DNA of 64,000 bases. Origin: the human T2T-CHM13v2.0 reference genome, Homo sapiens. Shown here in pieces: positions 54,511 through 64,000 of the stretch. The translations under genes were made by a program, and so were the position numbers. The notes under the pieces are model-generated. The model saw only the letters and a program-made list of their open reading frames with translations. It did not search any database and had not been told where the DNA came from. Where the stretch lies: the NCBI RefSeq assembly GCF_009914755.1, contig NC_060929.1; one strand, written 5' to 3'. How positions within the stretch are numbered: the first letter of the stretch is position 1; the number at the start of each line of letters is the position of its first letter.

Positions 54511-56808
54511 TCCCCTCCCTCTGCCACCCCACCTGGGCCCCTCGCCCTCCCCTCCCTCACACTCAGGCCTTGGGCTTTGCGTTGCTGTGCTGACAGCTCC
54601 CTGCTGGCTGCCCTGCTGTCGTAGCAAGTCTGCTCTGCTCACCCTGCTGAGTCCTGGGTCTTCCCGCTTCTCGCAGGTCCCTTGCCTCCTCCTGTCTCCT
54701 GCTGCTGGATGTGCAGTCCTGTGAGGGCCACGGGCTTTGTTTGGCTCTCGACGCGTCATAGCACCTAGAACTGGCCCTGGCGAGGCCTGGGGGCAAAAGC
54801 TCACGCATGCCTTCCAGGTGCTGAGAACAACCCCCGGGAGCTGTGACTGGTGGGGACCCCCGACCCCCAGGCAGCTGAAACCTCCCCACAGCCTGTGCAG
54901 CTGAGACCTTTCCCCTCTTAGCTGAGATACCCCCTAGGGCAGCTGGCACCCCCTTTAAGGCGACCGGGATCCTGGTCCCATGGGCAGCCGGGACCCCAGC
55001 CCAGGGCAGTGGGGCCCCTACCCCAGGCCGTGGGATCCCTCTTCCCAGTCCTGGTGAGGCGGGCCTGGCTGATTCTCAGTGCTTTTCCAACATTATCCCC
55101 CACAACTGACACCCTGACCCAGCCCAGCAGGCATGGGACTGGTCCAACCCTCCCTGCCCCTGCTCTGTGCCGACACCCTCCTAGGACCTCTCCCCATGGG
55201 CAAAGAAAAGAAGAAAAATAGAGGGACCTGGAGAATGTGGGATATTTTGGGTAGAAAGTGAACACCTCCTCCTTCCAGGAAGCTTTTCTCCTCTCCCCAG
55301 GGACTCGGTTTCCACTGCAGACGCTGGGGGCGGGGGGGGGGGGGCAGCCGTGCACGGCTCAGTGTCCTGCCAGGTACGACTTGTCCCCGTTTGCTCCGAT
55401 GACATTTTGAAGCCACTCTTTCACCACAAAGATGACAGAGCAGGGTGTGGAGTGCGTCTTAGCGCAGAGGAGTGCCACTTTGCTGTGATCATGGCTCAGA
55501 GGAGCTTCTTCTCCAGGGATGCTGCCTTCATGACGCTGACCACGCCATCCCAGCCTTCGCCGCCCGCTTCTGCCAGCCTGGCTCTTCCCACACACATTTC
55601 TACCACGTAACAAAGAACTGGACCCTCCAGTGCCATGGGAAACCAGGCTCTCATGTGAGTTCTTTGGGAAAACGAGAGCTGGGAGAGGAGAGGGTGAGAT
55701 GGGAAAACACACAGCGAGTTAGTCCCCTCACAAGGAAACGAACAAACTCCACGAAAACGTGACTTTGCAGGACAAGAGGCAGGACCCCGCAACCTTCAGT
55801 GATAACATAAGAGGACCCCGGTTGGAATCCTGGCCAGAGCAAACTGTTCTTTCCACTCTGAGCTCCCTAGACCTCCATCCACCCAGATAGGTTTAGCTGT
55901 CCCGTGGGGACTGGCCCCGTGGACCTCTCCCTCCGAGCCCAGATGGTGGCCAGGACAGCCAGGCGGTGGGAGGCGCCCCACAGGCCCCTAGAAGATGAGA
56001 GACCCCAATGGGGAGGAGATACCTACCCCCCTGGGGGCACGGGGAGTGCTGCAGACAGGATTTCCTAGGACGAGAGCTTTTCCACCGGCTCCCTCTGGGC
56101 CTGGGGAGCCTTCATCCTCAGTCCTGAAATGAGGTGGTCACCCCTGACCAGGGGGCTTTGGCTCCTGGTATTTCCCGGTCTGTCACGAAGGTCCTTTTCC
56201 TTTAAGTGCCGGCCAGAGCCTGAGCGCTCCGAGGGAGCCCCGTCTGGCCGCCTTGCCTTCAGCAAACCGAGTGGTTTTATCTGGATACACACGTGCATCT
56301 TGTATCCAAGTATGTAGAATTGTAAAAATGAAAGAACGATCTGTAAAACTTTTAGAATGTTTTACCTTTGAGGGTCGAAAGGGGAAAGGGTGGAGGGGAT
56401 GTGAGCTCAGGTTCTCTGGGCAGCCCCAGCTTTGTTTAGAGGCAACTTTGACCCCTCATCAGTGTTTTACGTAAGTATGAAAGGATCAATCCCTAAAAAT
56501 GGAAAGCAAAAACAAGCAACAGCCTAACTATGCACCAAGTGATGGCAAAACCACGCTGATGACTCCTGTTTCAAAGACAATAAAACACGGAGATGTGGCT
56601 GGAACTCCCAGATGGGACAAAAGCTGGGAAAATAGAAAACAAAGGGCCCTCGACATCCCGCTGTGTCCGGGGTCCATGCTACTATGGGCAGCATTGGTGC
56701 TGGTGCCCCGGGCCCTGGGTGCAAGTGTAGGGGAAAGTAACCGGGTCCTCAGGGCAGTCTGCTTGGGAATAGAGGTTTTCAGCTCAGGAGAACAAAGACA
56801 CAAAGTAG

Positions 56809-57204
<396 letters not shown>

Positions 57205-57298
57205 TGACCCACCAGTGATTCATCATCCAACCCCTCAGCAGGGAGACACAGGGAGGACCTGAGCTGGACTTTGGCAGGGAAAGGCTGGGAGGACCTGA

Positions 57299-57784
<486 letters not shown>

Positions 57785-57824
57785 TGATCAAGAGTTTGGC
57801 TCCAACTCAAACCACTATTGCCCC

Positions 57825-58175
57825 TGCTGAGGATGGAGCGTTTGTGCCCCATGAAATTCATATGGGGAATCTATCCTCCATTGCAATGTGTTAGGAAGTG
57901 GGGCCTTTGGGAGGGGACGAGGCCACGAGGGTGCAGCTCTCGTGATGAGATTAGGGCTCCTATGAGAAGCAACACCAGAGCCTCCTCTCTCTGCTGTGTG
58001 AGGACACAGGGAGGAGGGGCCGTCCGTGAACCAGGAGGGAGCCCTCCCTGGACCCCACCGCTGCCAGCATCCTGACCTCAGACCTCCAGCCTCCAGACCT
58101 GTGAGGAACCACGTCTGTTCTTGGAGCCCCCCAGCCTATGGCATTTTGTTATTCCAGCCTGAGTTGGCTAAGATA
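57825..58175 (+). mobile_element. MaLR solo LTR (MLT1A/MST-like)
   Basis: tttgtgccccatgaaattcatatg...gtggggcctttgggagg...tgtgaggacacag...ctcagacctccagcctccaga...ctatggcattttgttat...ctaagata. Confidence 0.85.
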
Positions 58176-59639
58176 CCCCAGAAAGGGAGGACTTTGTCCC
58201 CTCTCCCCAAAAATAGTCCACACTCTACTTTTGGCTTGGAGACTAACGTCCTAATCTAGCAATCTAAAACCTTACGATTTTTTTTCGCTCTACTTGATTT
58301 TTGCTCTGTTTTGCTTTCTGATGTTTTAATTACCAAAGTAGCGTATGCTCATTGTAGCAAGTCAGATAATGTGATGGAAAAGTTAGCGATCTCCCTCCTG
58401 CGTCAAACGCACCTGTGAGGTGCAACCTGAGAAACTTGGTTTATCATTAATCTGTCTCTGTGCCTTTCTCTATGTGTGTGCAAACACACACACACCTCAC
58501 ATTACACATACCAGTGGGCTTCTTTTCTGTCTCATTATTTTTAAGCAAAACCAGGACCCGTCCCACACCGGACTCTTAGAACACGGCCTTCTCTGCTACT
58601 TCACATCTCCAGCTGCTGCTGAGCCAGCTCTTTTGGTGGACAGCTGCCTTGGGAAAGTGCCTGTTTGCACATCAACAGTATGGGGACCAGGGACCCTGGG
58701 GTCAGCCATGGCTTCACATAAAGGAAAGCCTCTTCCTCCTGAGGCTGGCTGAGGACAGGCGCCGTGTTCCACTCAACGTCTGCTAAAGGCAGGCAGCTGG
58801 CAGGGGTGCAAGGTTTTGTCCTCATAAAAAGGCTTCAATAAACACCCCTAAACCCCTAGGTTTATGCACACAAATGCTAAAATGCCTGCGTGATACTTTT
58901 CCCCTAGCCACCGGCCCCCGCCCCCCTGAGCAATCGCTGGATAAATCACATTCACTTTTAATTTAGCAGACAAGGCCAGATAAGATTCTCAAAAGATCAT
59001 TTCAGTATGCACTTCTGCCAGAAACGTGAACTAATTCCCCGCACCCTCAGCAGCTCCAGAGGTGCGGAGTTTTGATGTTTGCTGTTCCAAAGCGGAGAAG
59101 CAGGCTCTGCTGTTGCCAGAGTTCGCATTTCCCTAACCCCGCACTGTGCCTCATTTTAAATTCTTATTAGTTGTCCGTAGATCGTCTTTGGCACATGGCT
59201 AGTTCCTGTTCTTTGCTATTTTTCCCATTGCATTGCTTGACTTTTTCTCAACATGAAGTAAGAGAATTTGGTCTATGAAGGACGCTAACCCTTTATCATA
59301 TGAACTGCAGACATTTTTCTCAGTCTATCACTTGTTAGATTGCTATAATTTGTACTTGCCATGTAAAAATACCTAATTTGATACTGTAAAATATATTTAA
59401 CTTTTCTTTAAGGTTTTGGGTTTTCTGTTCTGGTTAAGGGAAGATCTCCCAACTTCCAGGTTACAAAAGTAGCATTTCAAAACTTCTTTCTAATATTTTG
59501 TTGTTCTATTTGTAGCATACTTAAGCTTTCGTGCTGTTACATCTTTTTTCTTTCTAAAGTAGAGGCCTACGTTTGTTTCCGTTCAGCCGGAAGACGCCTC
59601 AGTGCTCAGGCAGCCCATCGCCTTCCTCTACAATGTTTA

Positions 59640-60645
<1,006 letters not shown>

Positions 60646-60705
60646 CTAACTGGCCCATGCCAGCAGTCTCTTCTGGTCCAGAGTCACAAGAGGTTAGTAA
60701 AGTAG

Positions 60706-61208
<503 letters not shown>

Positions 61209-62191
61209 CATTATTGCAAAATGTTAATTCGTATCAGAAGTGATATCCAAGAGTCTAATGCATTCATAAGATTAAACAGATGGGCCCCTCCAAAAACAAA
61301 GATGAAAATACTATCAGAAATTAAAAATCTGAACATCTCCAGCAAAAAATGCAAGAACAAGTCAAGTCAGCAGCATGAACATGGCTGAAGTCCAGATTAA
61401 TGAACTGGAAGTTATGATCAAAGAAATCTCTCAGAATGCAGAGAGATAAGTAGACACTGATGTTCACTGTGTGTGTTTTACCACAATAAAGAAAATTCAG
61501 AGGAGATGACACTTACATGCAATCCAGGGTATCCAGTGTTTCTCTAGGATTTCCAGGAAAGAAAACAGAAAATTCTAGGAAGAATAACAGAGAATTAATA
61601 AAAGATCTCAGAGCTGATACGATACAAAGCACTGGCTTTGACTCAACAGGGGTAAAGGGGTTAAACGACACAATCAGGCCAGTCCCAGACCAGTAAGCTC
61701 TGAGTCTCTATTCTACCTGAGACTGAGAACACCAAAGACAAGAGAAAGCATTGCCATCTTCCAGAGAGAACAGACAGCTTACCTAGAAAGGAAGAAAACC
61801 ACACATACATCAGACCCTCCTCATTGTGACACTGGGTACCAGGAAGAACAGTGAGCCTGTCCAGGGGCAATTTCGGTATCCATTAAAATTAAATCAGTCT
61901 CATCTTTTCCTGTTTTATTTCTAGGTAACTTCCTTAGAAATATACTTGCAAATGGACAAAAAAAAAAAAAAAAAAGAGAGAGATCTACAAGGCTGCTGTT
62001 TGAAGCTTTGTTTATGTGAGACAAAAACTAGCACACACATGGCTGTGAACAGGGAAAGTTACATCAGGTTTGCTGGGTTTGTACAATGGAGGGCCAGGCA
62101 GCCGTTTAAAAGAACAAAGTAGAACTGCACACACTGCTGGGGCGGGATCGTCATGACAGCCAATGAGCTACAGAGAAGTCAGGTCCCATCT

Positions 62192-62511
<320 letters not shown>

Positions 62512-64000
62512 TGAATTCTGCACACACTGAATGCTCAGGATGCCAGGGAGCCTGGTGGATGGGATTGGATGGGGCTTGAGGCAGGTGTTTGCTAACTCCA
62601 AGGGTTCCAAGGGTGGTCTCCCAAGCAAGTCCCATCAGGCCCTGTGACAAAGGCCCTGTGACAAAGCCTCAGTGGGCAGGAAGGGGCGGCCCCCTCTACT
62701 GTGGGGCTGGGGAGTGACCACCTGCTTTTGTAGATGGAATCACCTTGAGAGGTGGCCACACTCATCGTTCACTCATCGTCTGAGGCTGCGTTTGAACAAG
62801 AGCAGAGCTGAGCAGTGGAGACAGAGACTGTGTGGTCTGCGAGGTGGAAAGTACTTGCTCTCTGACCGTTTAGGAACAGGCCTGCTCGCCTGCCCAGGGC
62901 ATCTGTGTCCTGTGGAAGCTACAGGTCACCTCCAACTCACGCCTCGGGTGCCGAGAGTCTCAGGGAGGAGCCTCCAGGACCCCAGGAGTGGAAACTTTTG
63001 CAAAGAAAAGTAACTTTATATTTCTATAAAAAGGATTATACAATATGATTTAATTATTCCAAGCCCGTGGTAAAGCCCACATTCTCAACACATTCTCCTG
63101 CTGCTGTCAGCCCATTCCAATGAGAGGGTGTTTATTTTGACAAATGCAGTGTCTTACTGAGAACTGTTAAAAATTAATATTAAGTTTAAATCTGAAAAGT
63201 GATTATTGCACGTGACTAGTAAATTCCACACTATTTGAACTCTTTAAGAGTCTCCTTTCTTTCCAAATACATTTTGCATCCAAAATGTGAACACAGTGTT
63301 AAGTCTTTACAAAATGGTTTAAAAAATATTGTTTTAAAAAGTCCATTCTTGCTTAGAGTTTGGCAGCAGAGCAAAATGAAATCCCATCCAAATGAAATGT
63401 TTTACCATGTTCAGTTCCATAATGAAAAGCTGGCAAAGTCAATGGGATGGGGAGGGGGTGGCAATCACATTTGGTTTAATTTATAACAAGAAATCCAATC
63501 CAACGCATTTTTAAATTCAGGAAATACTAAAATGCAGACTGTGAAGGCCAACTCCATGTGGAGTGCGCAGCCCATAATAGTCGGCTGATTTAAAACCTGA
63601 CCAATATGAACTACCCAACTAACGAGACTTGAAAAACCAGTACAATTAATTAATAAAAGTAAATGTAATAGTTAGAAATGTACTGAAACAAAAAGGGAGC
63701 ACTAAAAGTAAGTATTCTCAACAAGCTGCAAACGCGGTCCTCAGCAGGGCACACCCCGCTGGAGGCCCCTGAGTCCTCAGGGAGAAGGGCTGTGGCCTCC
63801 CGACAGGGACCCTGGCAGCCTCATGGGGGAGGATTTTGTTCATCGGTCCCCTTGCTCTCCCATTGTTTGCAAGCGAGGACTGAAGGAGAAATCCTCGTGA
63901 CTTCTGTGGCCCAGGTTAGAGTTACACAGACTCACTGTGCTGAGACCGGAAAACCTGCTCTTTCCCTATAGGTTTCAACCACGCTCCTCCGACTGGGGTC

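Overview
Primate (human-like) non-coding genomic DNA with GC-rich, CpG-rich unique sequence and many repeats. I find no supportable protein-coding gene, RNA gene or CRISPR array. The six-frame ORFs are either transposon-derived or chance ORFs in GC-rich DNA. Main contents: a near full-length hAT-Charlie3 DNA transposon fossil nested in an old L1M (82-2696); a full-length, TSD-flanked L1PA2/3-type LINE-1 with broken ORF1/ORF2 but a near-intact antisense ORF0 (12817-18830); a deleted and rearranged L1MC-type element (about 40865-46461); ERV solo LTRs (LTR6-like, LTR8, MER31/67-like); four MaLR LTRs; about 15 Alus; several VNTRs; CpG-island-like segments; and AT-rich, motif-dense enhancer-like blocks. 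The most notable unexplained signals are an apparently G-to-A hypermutated solo LTR, a ~120-bp non-TE inverted duplication (11046-12179), a CpG-containing (ACGTG)n/(TGACG)n array in a CpG island, and GATA/SOX/POU motif-dense candidate enhancers. I see no evidence for a novel multi-gene system. Repeat family names come from my recall of consensus sequences and were not verified by alignment.
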